This document shows positions 11,721 through 24,124 of a stretch of 64,000 bases of DNA, one piece after another (position 1 is the first letter of the stretch; each line of letters opens with the position of its first letter). Both the position numbers and the translations under genes were made by a program. This DNA comes from Felis catus (taxonomy: Eukaryota), in assembly GCF_018350175.1 (NCBI RefSeq), contig NC_058368.1, forward strand, positions 175,276,001-175,340,000, given 5' to 3'. Under the pieces are notes generated by a model, which saw only the letters and a program-made list of their open reading frames with translations, was not told the DNA's origin and searched no databases.

Positions 11721-12081
11721 TGCTGCCCTACCCCGTCCTACCTACTTCTGCATGACAGCTGTTGGCTAGAGGCCTGAGAGGCTGTTGCTCCTTTTGAATG
11801 GGGCGTATTGCACTCCAGTTTGCCACAGTCCCCACTGCTCCCTACTGCCTTAGCCTAGGCCCTCTTCGGTCATTCTCGCTATTATCTGGCCTCTGTGGGT
11901 ACTTGCGGCTGCTCCCCCTGAAAAGTTCAGTTCAGTCTCATCTGGTTGGGAAAGCAGACAAGATCCAGTTATGGCCCCAGCAGCAAAACATTAGCCTCTG
12001 ATTATTTCTTTAGATGTGCTCGGGGGGAGGAGGGGAGATGCGTTCAGACCCAAGAGCAGCTTCAGAGCAACAACACTTGGG

Positions 12082-12167
12082 ACTCTCTCTCCCTCTCTCT
12101 CTCTCTGTAAATAAATAAATAAATAAACATTTAGAAAAAACGAAAGAAAAAAGAAAAAAAAAAAAAG
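12082..12167 (+). mobile_element. Orphan Can-SINE 3' end ((CT)n + (AAAT)n + poly(A))
   Basis: ctctctctccctctctctctctctgtaaataaataaataaataaacatttag followed by an A-rich tail; no head. Confidence 0.7.
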
Positions 12168-13020
12168 AGTGCCCGTTGGAAGGATACGTTTTTGGCCGTA
12201 TACTTCGTATACGTATATATCCCAGTGTATCCATTTCATGGTTAGCCCACTGCCTGGCCTCCCAGTCAGCTGATCAGACGGCAATCGCCAACCACTAAAT
12301 GCCTGTCACGCCTGTCCTGTGAGTGTCACAGAGACATCCAGGCGTGGCTGAAACCGAGCTGGAGGACGACTCAACCCAGGCTCAAGCTGAAATCCCTGCT
12401 TCCTGTGCATCTATTCCCTCATGTGCAAATTCCTGCTGAGTTGCTCCAGTCAGGCAGCCGGCTGGGCAGTGGGATGTAAAAACGAAATGCGTGGTCTCCA
12501 GAGCAGAAGCAGGCACAGAAAACATAATGCGTGGAGTAAGCGTCCTAAGACAAGGGGAGGAGTGACAGGAAAAGTAAGGGTGATTATTTCTACCTGGGGA
12601 CGTCACAGAGAATCTGCCAGCAAGTTATTTCCAAAGCTGAATACCGGTCTGAGGGACAAGCGGGGGAAGGCGTTCTAGACTGTGGAGGCAGAAAGTAATC
12701 TAGCACTCCAGGAGAAAGGCCAGTGTGAGGATGACACTGGGCGGCTGGTGAGTCTTGGAGGTTGGAGTCTGGACCTTGTCCTGCCTGCCAAAAAGAGGCT
12801 TTTAATCGTCAGGGTGGAGGGACATGAAGAGAGACAAACTGAGAGGGAGGGTAGGAGGTAGGCCGAGGGGACAGAGTGAAGGTACAAGACAGGAGGCTGA
12901 TAAAACAGTGAGAAGAGTGAGGTAGGAACGGGAAAGATGGCCAAAAGGGAACACATTTAAGGGTATTAGTCTCTACCTTAATTGAAGCCTTTGGATCGGA
13001 TTATAATTAGAGAGTGTTTT

Positions 13021-13260
13021 ATTTTTTATTTTTATTTTATTTTTTTTAATTTTTTTTCAACGTTTATTTATTTTTGGGACAGAGAGAGACAGAGCATGAA
13101 CGGGGGAGGGGCACAGAGAGAGGGAGACACAGAACCGGAAGCAGGCTCCAGGCTCTGAGCCATCAGCCCAGAGCCTGACGCGGGGCTCGAACTCACGGAC
13201 CGCGAGATCGTGACCTGGCTGAAGTCGGACGCTTAACCGACTGCGCCACCCAGGTGCCCC
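13021..13260 (-). mobile_element. Can-SINE (young SINEC_Fc subfamily)
   Basis: Full-length; perfect TSD tagagagtgtttt at 13008 and 13261. Confidence 0.97.
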
Positions 13261-13282
13261 TAGAGAGTGTTTTAAACACAGT

Positions 13283-13640
13283 AACCCTTGCTGTGCGAAC
13301 TGATAAACTCCCCAAACCTCAGTGGCTTAAATTTATCTCTTGGTTATATAAAATGCATTGGTGGCTGTACTCCATGTAATCATTCAGGGACCCGGGCTCT
13401 CCTTTTTGAGGCTCTGCAGTCCCCAAGGCCCTCAGAGTCCTAGCCAAGCAGGTGAACAGGAAAAGCAAAGAAAGGGTGTCCCTGTGCGAGGCGTTTCCTG
13501 GGCCAGGCATCCCAGATGTAGCCATATGGCTTCCAACCGCATCCCTTGGCTAGAAGTCGGGGACCACAGCTAGCTGCACGGGAGTCTGGGAAATACGTCC
13601 AAGCTGCGTGTCCGGCAGTGGGGGGACAGAAACCCAGAGC
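13283..13640 (-). mobile_element. MaLR LTR remnant (MLT1I/K-like)
   Basis: ccccaaacctcagtggcttaaatttat...cattcagggacccgggct...catcccttggctagaagtcggggaccacag. Confidence 0.5.
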
Positions 13641-14281
13641 ACTGCCACTTTCGCCGAAGATGAGGAAGAAAACTCTCTATTAATTCCCCAGTTTCGATAT
13701 CGAGCGACCACACAGACGGTGATTCCATGAGCCCACGAGAAGGCGACTTGAGGGAAAGATGGACGGCCAGGGTGACCCAGGACTCGTGGATGTTTGGGTA
13801 GAACTGGATATACAGGTCCTTAGTTCAAGGTCAACCTGAGCCAAAGAGGGAGGTTTTGTGAGACTCCAAGAGAAGTTCAAGCCTTACTGGTCTCTGCTCT
13901 CAGTCTTGAGAGGCACCGATCCAAGGGTGGTCTTCAGACAAAATGGAGCACACCCAATCTGGTCTCCTCATCCCTGTGCTCTTTGCAATTGTCCCAGCCA
14001 AACAGAAGCGTCCATAAGGAATGCCAACTGTTACCACAGCGTGAGCAAGTCTCATTTATCTCAGAATTCTCCGAGGGGAGAGAACAAGGAGGGCCTCCAG
14101 TCCAGAAATGGGACCACCCTCCTTCCTTTTTCTATGTATTTTCTCATTTTCTTCTTCATAAAGCAGTGGTGCCTAGGGGAGTCCATGGGGCTCCCTGGAC
14201 CTCCCCGGTTCCCTGAGTTCATTAAACTCACGATGAACAGAAGAGACGCCAGGAGCTGCAGCTTGGTAAAGCAAACAGGTT

Positions 14282-14502
14282 GGGGCGCCTGGGTGGCGCA
14301 GTCGGTTAAGCGTCCGACTTCAGCCAGGTCACGATCTCGCGGTCCGTGAGTTCGAGCCCCGCGTCGGGCTCTGGGCTGATGGCTCAGAGCCTGGAGCCTG
14401 TTTCCGATTCTGTGTCTCCCTCTCTCTCTGCCCCTCCCCCGTTCATGCTCTGTCTCTCTCTGTCCCAAAAATAAATAAACGTTGAAAAAAAAAATTTAAA
14501 AG
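14282..14502 (+). mobile_element. Can-SINE (young SINEC_Fc subfamily)
   Basis: Full-length; TSD aagcaaacaggtt at 14269 and 14503. Confidence 0.97.
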
Positions 14503-15999
14503 AAGCAAACAGGTTGGATCTCACCCTGGAGGACAAAGGGAAGCCCAGGGCTCCCGGCAGGTGGGGCCTGTGAGGTGCACGTCCACACCCCTCAGAGGAG
14601 ACTCCAAGTGGAGACACAGATGTCACAGGTCGGGGTCATACTTCCTTCATGATTTGCATGGTGACGCCCTCCCTCCCCCCGCAACGGTCCAATCGGTCGC
14701 ATTGAAGACAAGGGTCCCCTTTGTCCCTTTGGGCAGTTCTGCCCAAATCCTGTGTTTCAAATCGGCCAGCCTGCGGAGCACGGGCTCTCCTGCGGGTGGG
14801 GCTCACGCAGACAGTGACAAGTAAGAGGCACATGCCCTCAAGGCATCTGCAGTCTCCGTAGGGAGGCCCAGGCGAGGAAGGTGAAGATAAGGAGGGGGCA
14901 ACAGTGAGGCCATCCCCGTTCAGGGTGAGAGCAGACGTTCTGCTGGGCCACGTAGCCTTGGGACGGAGGTCCAGGAACGCGTCAGTCCAGCCCTGCTGTC
15001 ACCTCCGCCCCTCCAGGGTCCTACACCAAGAGAGCTAAGCAGGAAGCGACAAGCACTTAACTGGGCAACCGATACCGACAGCCTCCTCCACCCACCTTTC
15101 ATGAAAGCAGAGCTTTCTGGAGACCCCTGGGCCGAATCATGCAGCATGGTCGGAGGCCTCCAGAAGCCTCTTCCCTGACAGACTCCGCTGTTTCCAAATC
15201 TAAGCCTCGGAGCAGAGCCAACTGGGGCTGATCCGCAGAAAGAATGCCAGCGTGAGGGCAGAAAGCCACAGAGCACAGCGCCCAGCACGCTGATCTTGGA
15301 GGAGGCGCAGTGCCGCTCGGCCCCGTGGAGGGCCTGCCTCCCGAGGACCAGAACCTGCACCTCTGGGACCCGCAGCCTGGAGGGAGATCCGAGAGGCAAG
15401 TCAAGCTCCAGATGCTGTGCTAGAGGGCTTCTACTCCACTCCGTGGGTGCCGGGGAGCCACCTCAGAGGCTTACTGGGAGCAAAGCTGTGTTGTCCCACC
15501 AGTGACCCGACTAGTACAGAGGATGGGACAGGCTGCAAGAGCGCCGGCTGGCGAGCAGGAGGCCAGAAGCAGGGCCCTGGCAGTGGGGACGGAGGGGGGT
15601 TGGCCAGTGTGAGGAGCCCTTGCCAGGCGAGGTGACGGATAAGGTGGCAAGTAGAGGGAATGCCGGGGACAAAGCGGGGATCTGGGGCTACAGGGGGAGG
15701 CCAGGATGGTAACACATGAAGACAGGCATCAGGGTGAAGGAAGCGGGACTGGGGGGAGAGAGAGAGGATGAGCAGACATGTTTGGAATCACCCAACACCT
15801 GCTCGACGGGGACCATGGTTCCTCAGCTCCAGGACACGAGTGCCGTCACGCGGCATCATCTCCGGAACTGGAATGCGTTTTACGCGTGGTGTGTCCAGGA
15901 AGCCACGTGTCACTGTTCTCTTGGCCGCATTCTCTCTTTCTTAGAGAAACATGTTTTCACAGCCCGTGGTGTCTCAGATTTTCTGGAACAGAATGATGA

Positions 16000-16180
16000 G
16001 CTAGGGCGACGGCTGGGGGAGTCTGGAACACCTACGGATGGGTGATAGCTAAGGGGTGCGAGGTTTCTTTTGGGGGTGATTAAAATGTCCTAGAATTAAT
16101 GGCGGTGAGTTTGGTAAACGCCCCTGAATTTTACACTCCAAATGGGCGAACTGTATTCTCAATAAACTGTTCTAAAAAAA
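16000..16180 (+). mobile_element. L1MB-like 3' end
   Basis: gctaaggggtgcgaggtttcttttgggggtgattaaaatgtcctagaatt...tctcaataaactgtt + A tail. Confidence 0.7.
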
Positions 16181-16205
16181 ACCCTAAAACGCTCTGCCTC
16201 TGTTT

Positions 16206-16423
16206 ATTTATTTTTTTTGACGTTTATTTATTTTTGAGACAGAGAGAGACAGAGCATGAACAGGGGAGGGGCAGAGAGAGAGAGGGAGACACAGAATCTG
16301 AAACAGGCTCCAGGCTCTGAGCTGTCAGTACAGAGCTCGACGCGGGGCTCGAACTCACGAACCGTGAGATCATGACCCGAGCCGAAGTCGGATGCTTAAC
16401 CTACCGAGCCACCCAGGCGCCCC
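16206..16423 (-). mobile_element. Can-SINE (SINEC_Fc)
   Basis: TSD tctgcctctgttt at 16193 and 16424. Confidence 0.97.
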
Positions 16424-16819
16424 TCTGCCTCTGTTTTAGAATGCTCCCCTTCCCTTCCACCTGGCAAGTAAGTCTTGTAAAATGGTAGCTGTTTGCTGGA
16501 CCCGTGGACTTGGGGCACAGGGGAGGCATCCCGAGCCAGGGTGGACCTGAAGGTCTCTGTGCAGAGTGCTGGCGAAGTGATGAGGGAGGCCTTCCGGGAA
16601 GAGGGGACCTGTCTCTCTGGCTCATGCTCACCCCGCCTCTCCATGCCACAATTCCCGTCCATCTGGGGAGCTGTGAGTGGGATGCAGTGGAGGACAAACT
16701 GAAAAGTGTCACAGAGGGAGAAGACCTGTTTTTGCAACGCTTCCGGTTCAGAAGGTCTGTCCAGGGGTCGAGCCCTCTGGCCGTATTGAGGCCACACTGC
16801 GTGAAGGTTTGCTGCTGCG

Positions 16820-16926
16820 GCTGTGGGTCTGAATCCTGGATCTCCACCTTCTGTGTGACTTTGGGTTACTTAGCCTCTTTGTGCCTCAGTCTTCCCATCT
16901 GTAGAAGGGGAATAGGGATCTTGTCG
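16820..16926 (+). mobile_element. MIR remnant, host of the L1 transduction
   Basis: gggtctgaatcctgg...tgtgtgactttgggttacttagcctctttgtgcctcagtcttcccatctgtagaagggg. Confidence 0.75.
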
Positions 16927-16934
16927 GAAGAGGG

Positions 16935-17122
16935 TTTTTTTTTTTTTTCATTTTTTCTTTTTTTTTTTTTTTTTGGTCCTACAGTAAACATCTTTTATTT
17001 GTATCGGGGTCATCGGTATGTTTTTTAAATGCTGAAAGCAAAATTTCTCTTTTTCTTTTCGTTTTTTTTTTATTAAATATGAAAAATATCGTCAAATTGG
17101 TTTCCATACAACACCGAGTGCT
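16935..17122 (-). mobile_element. 5'-truncated feline L1 (about 45 bp) carrying a 3' transduction and second poly(A)
   Basis: Minus strand: agcactcggtgttgtatggaaaccaatttgac..., A-tail, about 70 bp unique sequence with AATAAA (16999-16994), poly(A); TSD gaagag(g)gttttt at 16927 and 17123. Confidence 0.8.
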
Positions 17123-17980
17123 GAAGAGGTTTTTGCAAGCAAAGCCAAGACTGGAACAAGAAGGCACAGAATCGAAGAAGGCACACACTCTCGCTATGTA
17201 CGCAGTGAGCGCTCTTTGGATTTGGTGTCCTAGGCCCTTCACCGGCCCCGCCCTCGTCTCTCTGTCCTGCTTATGAAGACGAATTGACGAAGAGCTTTGC
17301 ACAGGGCCTGGCAAACAGGGAGCTCTCATTAAAGGTCGGCCCACCCGGCAATTGGCATGAAAGAAATCTCTTAAAATTCTGAGGGTTGCGCTTTCTTTCC
17401 ATTGCATTATCTTCCAAGCTACCCGTCATTCCGAAGGGAAATCAGAAAATCAGTCCGGGTGGCCTGGGTTATGGTGATCACTGCACCGCTCTGTGTTACT
17501 CACCCCTGCAGGGACGGCGGGAAGGGTGGGGGCTGGGCGGGTGCCAGCTCCAGAGATGACTCCACCCACCTGCTTTTCTTCTCACCTCCCAACACCCATC
17601 CTCCCTTCGCCTCCACAGCCCGACCCATCTCTTCCCTCCCCCCCTCCCCCCTGTAGGGATATAACATTCTCTGATATATTTACACATTTGGAGGGGGGGG
17701 GGGCGGCAATGATCAAACTGGAGCCAAAATGCCTTGGGGAGAGAAGCAAACACTCCAGCAATTAACAGCCTGAGAATCACAGCTCTGCTGGCTGTCCACA
17801 CCCCTCGCAAGCCTGCGATCCGGGGGGGCTGTCTTTGCTTTGCCATTGCCGAGAACGCAGAGGGAAATCATTCCGGTTCTTTCCTCCCCTCCTCCCCTCA
17901 CCCTTCCCTCATCCCGTCTTAGCATCTTTTTCATATTTCACGTATTTGTTCATTCATTCCATTTCCATTCTTCCATTCTT

Positions 17981-18195
17981 TTTTTTTTTCAAGTTTTTAA
18001 ATTTATTTTGAGAGAAAGAGAGCACGCGCACGCATGTGAGTGAGCAGGGGAGGGGCAGAGAGAGAGAATCCCAAGCAGGCTCCACGCTGTCAGCCCAGAG
18101 CCCAGCATGGGGCTGGAACTCACAAACTGCGAGATCGTGACTTGAACTGAAATCGACAGTCGGACGTTCAACCAGCTGAGCCTCCCAGGCGCCCC
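17981..18195 (-). mobile_element. Can-SINE (older SINEC_Fc-type)
   Basis: TSD tcttcc(a/g)ttcttttt. Confidence 0.95.
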
Positions 18196-18759
18196 TCTTC
18201 CGTTCTTTTTTCAACAAGCACGTTGCATTCGTTATTTCATTGAAGTCTCCCAGTTGTCTTCCAAGGTGGACGTTAGCCTCGCTTTACAGGTGAGGAGACT
18301 GAGGTTTGGAGATGAATAATAGGCAATTCCCCACTCTAAGAGATCCGAACTTTCAAAGGGGAGACGAACACACTAATATCCTCGAGTAGACATGAAGGAA
18401 GGAATGGCGTTGTCCATTCAGGCTTTCATTAGCATCCCAACTTAATGGATAGGGAAATAGAGCCCCAGGAGATTTTATGAGAATTACCTTTGGTCACCAA
18501 GCAGGGAGTTGGAGTTGGAGTAGATCCAGGATCTGGGTAGGTTTCCTGAGATGGTAGGAGACGATGATGGTATCTTCTCTACTGGGAATACTGACTGGAC
18601 TTTGGACACAGTGTTGTCACGATTACTCCAAGAGTCCAAGATGAGTAACGTGGTCCCTCTCGCCTGCTGGTCGCTGACCACAAGAGCACAGAACAGCCGT
18701 CTGTGTATTGCTCTGTCTGCCCATCCATGTGCCCCTCTGCTGGGAACAGAGCCTCTCTA

Positions 18760-19140
18760 TTTAGGAAGACCCCTTCCCCTGGGCTCAGTCCATTGGCTTT
18801 GGGAGCAGCCAGCTCTTCTCCCGGCTCAGGGATGGATGTATGACCAGATGTGGGCCACCAATCACCCTACCTCTTGGCCCCATGATTGGCCCAGGGATGG
18901 ACATGCAACCCGCCAGAATCAGTGAACTGCAATTTTGTGACCTTTCTGAGGCATTCCTGTGGTAGCTTCTCACCACAAGAGGAAAGGGGCTGAGATCGCA
19001 GTTCCTGAGGTGGGAGGCATCACGAGGGATGGGGCTGCACGCTGTTAACACCACATGACCCTGGAAATGCCCTTCGCAGAAGCCAAGAAATTCCCTTTAC
19101 TGCCCCGTGGCAGCTGGGGGCCTGTCCTTTGAAACAGTCT
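18760..19140 (+). mobile_element. MaLR LTR remnant
   Basis: cagggatggatgtatgaccag...catgattggcccagggatggacatgcaaccc...agccaagaaattccctt. Confidence 0.45.
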
Positions 19141-19334
19141 CGACAAGCGCAGATAGATCAAGTACACATAGTTGTGACAGGTATCAGACCCCAGCAGGAC
19201 AGATCAAAGGGTGTGGTTGCTCGGAGAAGGAAGGAGTAGAGAGCTGTCCAGGATTGGAAGATATGACGTGCACCCTGAAGACAGAAGGAGTGTGCCGTGT
19301 TGGTGGCCAGAGTAGACATGAAAAGCAAATCCCA

Positions 19335-19545
19335 GGGCTCCTGGGTGGCTGAGTCAGTTAAGCGTCCGACTTCGGCTTAGGTCACGATCTCACGGTTCAT
19401 GGGTTCGAGCCCCGCGCCGGGCTCTGTGCTGATGGCTCAGAGCCTGGAGCCTGCTTCCGATTCTGTGTCTCCTTCTCTGTCTGCCCCTCCCCCGCTCGTG
19501 CTCTGTCTCTCTCTCAAAAAATTAAATAAATAAACATTAAAAAAA
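19335..19545 (+). mobile_element. Can-SINE (SINEC_Fc)
   Basis: Perfect TSD gaaaagcaaatccca at 19320 and 19546. Confidence 0.97.
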
Positions 19546-19789
19546 GAAAAGCAAATCCCATTCCCACAGTGTGGCCCCTGTGGGGTTTTTCTGCCTCACC
19601 TCACCCCTCCCAGCCGCTCCAGGCTCCATCAGTTAAAAGCCATTGTGCGGGCTGTCTCCATCCTGCAGAGACCCCTTGCCTGATTCTCTTACCATCCCAG
19701 CTCAAACCCTTTTCCAGGGCCAGAGTATCCATCCAGCACAGGCGGCATGGTGCCCTGAAACTATCGTATACTCACAAAATGTTTTTAAT

Positions 19790-20261
19790 TCTGTGTAGTA
19801 TATATACACGATGGAATATTATTCAGCCATAAAAAAGAAGGACATTTGCCATTTGTGACCATGTGAATCGATCTGAAGGGCGTTAAGCTATGTGAAATAA
19901 GCCAGACAGAGGAAGGCAAATACTATACGGTGTCACTTATATTTGCAATCTAAAACAATAAAAATTAAAAAAAAAAAAGCCAGCTTCATGGAAACAGAAA
20001 ATAGAATGGTGGTTGCCAGGAACCAGGAGAAAATGGGGAGATGCAGGTCACAAGGTACCAAACGTTCGGCTGTAAGAAGAATAAGTTCTGAGGGTCTAAT
20101 GTGCTGCATGGTGGTTATAGTTAACAATATGGTTTGTAGACTTGAAAATTGCTGAGAGTAGATCTCAGGTTTTCTGAACACACACACACACACACACACT
20201 CACAAAGTTGACTACTTGAGGTGATGGATATGTCATCTTTCTTCATCTTGGTCGTAGTTCC

Positions 20262-20320
<59 letters not shown>

Positions 20321-20372
20321 CAAACATAAACAATTATATTTGTCAATTACTCCTCAATAAAGTCAGGAGGGA
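19790..20372 (+). mobile_element. L1MA9-like 3' end
   Basis: atggaatattattcagccataaaaaagaagg...gtgaaataagccagacagag...ttgctgagagtagatct...gtcaattactcctcaataaag. Confidence 0.85.
20264..20320. repeat. (TA)n microsatellite
   Basis: direct reading; one C interruption. Confidence 0.95.
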
Positions 20373-20394
20373 AAGTTTTTATTTTACTTTATTT

Positions 20395-20613
20395 TATTAT
20401 ATTGTGTTTATTTTAGAGAGAGATAGAATGAGAAGCAAGTGTGCGCAATCAGGAGAGGGGCAGAGAGAGAAAGAGAAAGAGAGAGAGAAAGAGAGAGGAT
20501 CTCAAGCTCGGCACAGAGCTGGACTCAGGACTCGATCCCACGAATGGTGAGATCATGACCTGAGCTGAAATCAAAGAGTTGGACGCTCAGCCGATGGAGC
20601 CACCCAGGTGCCC
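20395..20613 (-). mobile_element. Can-SINE (older, diverged)
   Basis: gagatcatgacctgagctgaaatcaaagagttggacgctcagccgatggagccacccaggtgccc; TSD t(a/g)ctttatttt. Confidence 0.9.
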
Positions 20614-20700
20614 TGCTTTATTTTGAAATAAGAAAACAAATGATACGATAATAATGAATATATATAATTATGAATCCATTCTGAATTATATCGATTTTTT

Positions 20701-20906
20701 TTAATGTTTATTTATTTTTGAGACAGAGAGAGACAGAGCATGAATGGGGGAGGGTGAGAGAGAGAGGGAGACACAGAATCCGAAGCAGGACTCCAGGCTC
20801 TGAGCTGTCAGCCCAGAGCCCGACGCGGGGCTCGAACTCACGGACCGCGAGATCATGACCTGAGCCGAAGTCGGATGCTCAACCGACTGAGCCACCCAGG
20901 TGCCCC
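20701..20906 (-). mobile_element. Can-SINE (SINEC_Fc)
   Basis: TSD gaattatatcgattttt at 20683 and 20908. Confidence 0.97.
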
Positions 20907-22339
20907 AGAATTATATCGATTTTTTATCAGCATACCATCAGGGTCATAAAAACATTTTAATCTCTATCCATGTTTTGATGGAGGAAGGGCCCCCGGAAGG
21001 CGGAAGTGCCTAGGGCCCATGAAAGTCACAATGAGACTCTCTCCGTTTTCCCCAGGGAAGCCTTCCCTGATGCCCCAGGCTGCAGAAGACTTCTCCAACC
21101 CTGTCTGGGTATTTATCATTTATTTGTATGAAGTAAAAATTTTAATGTTTCCATTTATTTTTATCATTGCTTGCCATTGCCCCCGCCGGACTACATACTT
21201 GGTGATTGTAAGCCTCTTTGTACCCTGATGTGGTTGAATGAATGGATGAATTTTGTCCTGAAAAAAGGCCTGTGCTGCTCCCGCAGTTTTTTGTCCTTTA
21301 AGCAGCAAGGTGTCCTCGTAGCCTCTGGCCTGGGGGACTGCAGCTTCCAGTCCTGTCACCCTAGGCAGGAACTGACTTGTCAGGAAAGTCACAGACGCTG
21401 CTGCTTGTGTACGGAAAGAGACCCTGTGCCAGTTGCAATTCTCGTTCTTTCTTCCTGTCTTCGTATCATCGAGGCCTTTGGGATGAGAGCGTAACTTTTG
21501 GCAGATTTCTCTACATTTGGGAATAGCATTTGCATGGGGTTCACCCTCACTCACTTCCTGAAGCTGACACCTTCAAGGCTCATCACCCGGAAACTGGCTT
21601 AACCCCGGAGTTCTTTTTTTTTGGCGCTCATTTGTGAAGTCTTTGTAACTTTGGTTGATTTGTCCGTCCACCCATGTATTCAACTGATACATATCAATTA
21701 GCACCAATTCTGTGGGTGCAGTAGGCTTTACGCAAGATGGACAGGACTGATTGGAACAGAGCAAGGACCGTACAAATGTCCTTCTCTCCCAGGCCCCTCC
21801 CTCTCACTGGCCGTGGAGAATTTCTGCTGACAACCACCTCCCTCCATCACCTGTACTCGTCACTGCCACTCTCTCCCTTTCCTCCTGAGCTGCTCTGAAA
21901 ACGCAAAACTCTTCTCCCTCCGGCAAGCAGAATAATTCACTTCTCTCCAGCCTTTGCTTCATCTAACAGGACTCATTCCACTTCTCTCCAGCTTCATGTA
22001 CCCGGACCCATTCTTTTCCCTTGTTTTCCTTTTCGTTCTCCTTGGAAAGGATGTGTGAATATAAACAGAAGACCAAGTTCTGTTATATAGTTATTTGTAG
22101 TCTCAGAACTTCATTTTAATATCTTCCTTATGGATCTTTGTTTTTGGAGAGAAATGCTATAGGAAAGAGAAAGTTGTCCGTGACTTTATCTGCGTATATC
22201 TTGGGATCTTAAAACCAAAGGATGAGTGATTATCAAAGGAAAAAGGGTCCTTCCCCTCTTCTAGAGGTTTTGGACCGTTGGATTTGGGAGAGTGTCGGCG
22301 GGGAGGAGAATAACCATTAACAATAGATATGAGTTCCTT

Positions 22340-22760
22340 GCCTAACTGAATTGTTCGGTGTCACCTTCAGGAGAGGCATGATCCAGCCACTCTAATGATG
22401 TAGCCTAACATCTTACATTTCTGCCTTCCCAGAATGGTTTCAGTCACATAGGCTCAGGACTGCACGTTGCCTGCCAGCAATCTCCCAGGTCATGTGTTTC
22501 CATATTCGAATCCAGTAGTTAAGAGAGAAAATCTGCCTTACTAATGAATCTGAGCCAATAACCTAAAGGTAAGCCATGTTGGCTCTGATTGGCCTGAGTT
22601 AGGTTATAGGTCTGTCCTTGAACCTATCACCGTGGCCAGACTCAAGCCAATAAGAGCTGAACCTTAGAGCTATGGGTGGAGTCAATCTCACCTAAATTTC
22701 AACAGCCAGGAAATGTAGGTGTACCTGGGAAAGGGGATCGGATACTGGAGATTCATCCAA
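22340..22760 (-). mobile_element. MaLR LTR remnant (MLT1J/K-like)
   Basis: cttcaggagaggcatgatccagcc...ggctctgattggcctgagttaggt...ccttgaacctatcaccgtggcc. Confidence 0.5.
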
Positions 22761-23192
22761 TCTATGGGTCTCCACAGAAGATGTGTCTTTGGAATGCATC
22801 ACACATGGAATTACATGGCCAAAGTCACAGAGGTGAGAAAGCAGAAATCCCCAGGTAGAGGAGGGTTTGGATAATTTGTCTTCTTTCCCAATCCCCTGAC
22901 TTTTCAGCTCAGTCCCTCCGGTACCCCCAACCCCCAGCCTTCCATCCCATAGGGCCTACAGTCTTATCAACTTGTCATCGTCCCTTACGCCTTCACCTCC
23001 CCTCTTCCCTTTGCCGAAACGTCATGGTTAATCATGACCACCCTTCCTTTACAACATCCTCGACCCCCTTGCTTTGAGATCTGTGGTTTCCTTCCAGGAT
23101 GTAGCAACTTGAAGGTTACCCAGAAGGCGAAAATCTGCCTGGATTTCATCATGTGGCTGACTCCATAGTAAAGGCATTCGTTGGCTGGACGA

Positions 23193-23918
23193 GTATACCT
23201 GTTTCCTATTCTTTTTTTTTTTTATTTTTTTTTTCAACGTTTATTTATTTTTGGGACAGAGAGAGACAGAGCATGAACGGGGGAGGGGCAGAGAGAGAGG
23301 GAGACACAGAATCGGAAGCAGGCTCCAGGCTCCGAGCCATCAGCCCAGAGCCCGACGCGGGGCTCGAACTCACGGACCGCGAGATCGTGACCTGGCTGAA
23401 GTCGGACGCTTCACCGACTGCGCCCCCCAGGCGCCCCCCTATTACTTCTGACATCAACGACCACAACCTCAGTGGCTCAAAACCATCTAACTTTGTTCTC
23501 TTACAGTTACAGAAGTACGAGTTCAGTCTCACTGGGCTAAAAGTCAAAATGCCAGCAGAACCTGGTCCTTCCGGAGGGTCTAAGGGGAGAAGCTGGTTCC
23601 TGACTTTTCGGCCTGTAGGGGCCACCTGCGTTTCTCAGCGGCTGCCTTCTGGCCGCATCTTCAAAGCCCGTCGCTCGGGTCTCCGTTTCTAGCTTCAGTG
23701 GGTTTTCTCCTCTGACCAATTCCTCCTGCGCCCCTTTTATAAGGAGCACGGGGAGCACGTCAGGCTCCTAGCATCATCTCCCATCTCAAGATCCCTCACT
23801 CCTGCAGATCTGCAACACCCTTTTTGTCATATAAGGTAATAATCACAGGTTTCAGAGATCAGAGTGTGACCGTCTCTGCGGCGGGGGTGGGGGGGGGTGC
23901 ATTTGTCAACCTACCACG
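23193..23918 (-). mobile_element. MLT1C/D-like LTR interrupted by a SINE
   Basis: accacaacctcagtggctcaaaac...cagttacagaagtacgagttc...tctcccatctcaagatccctcac...tcatataaggtaataatcacagg...cctaccac. Confidence 0.75.
23212..23437 (-). mobile_element. Can-SINE (young SINEC_Fc subfamily)
   Basis: Full-length; short TSD cctatt. Confidence 0.97.
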
Positions 23919-24124
23919 AGGGCCAAACAATCACTAATATTCTTATGGATCAGGAAGTTGCTTTCTAGTCCTCATGCAGTTGCTGGGAAGGCAGATGGTC
24001 TGGCCAGCCCCCAGGCTGGGGTCTGCATGGCTGGTCGCTGGACCCTAGGTGGGTTCGAAGCAAAGCCCACGCAGCCTAGCGCTTAGGGAAAATGAAGGAA
24101 ATCTGGCTTTGGCATGCAGCCTTC

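Noticed and set aside
20221..20550. ORF with YIYIYI repeats
   Set aside because: Translation of (TA)n plus L1/SINE sequence.
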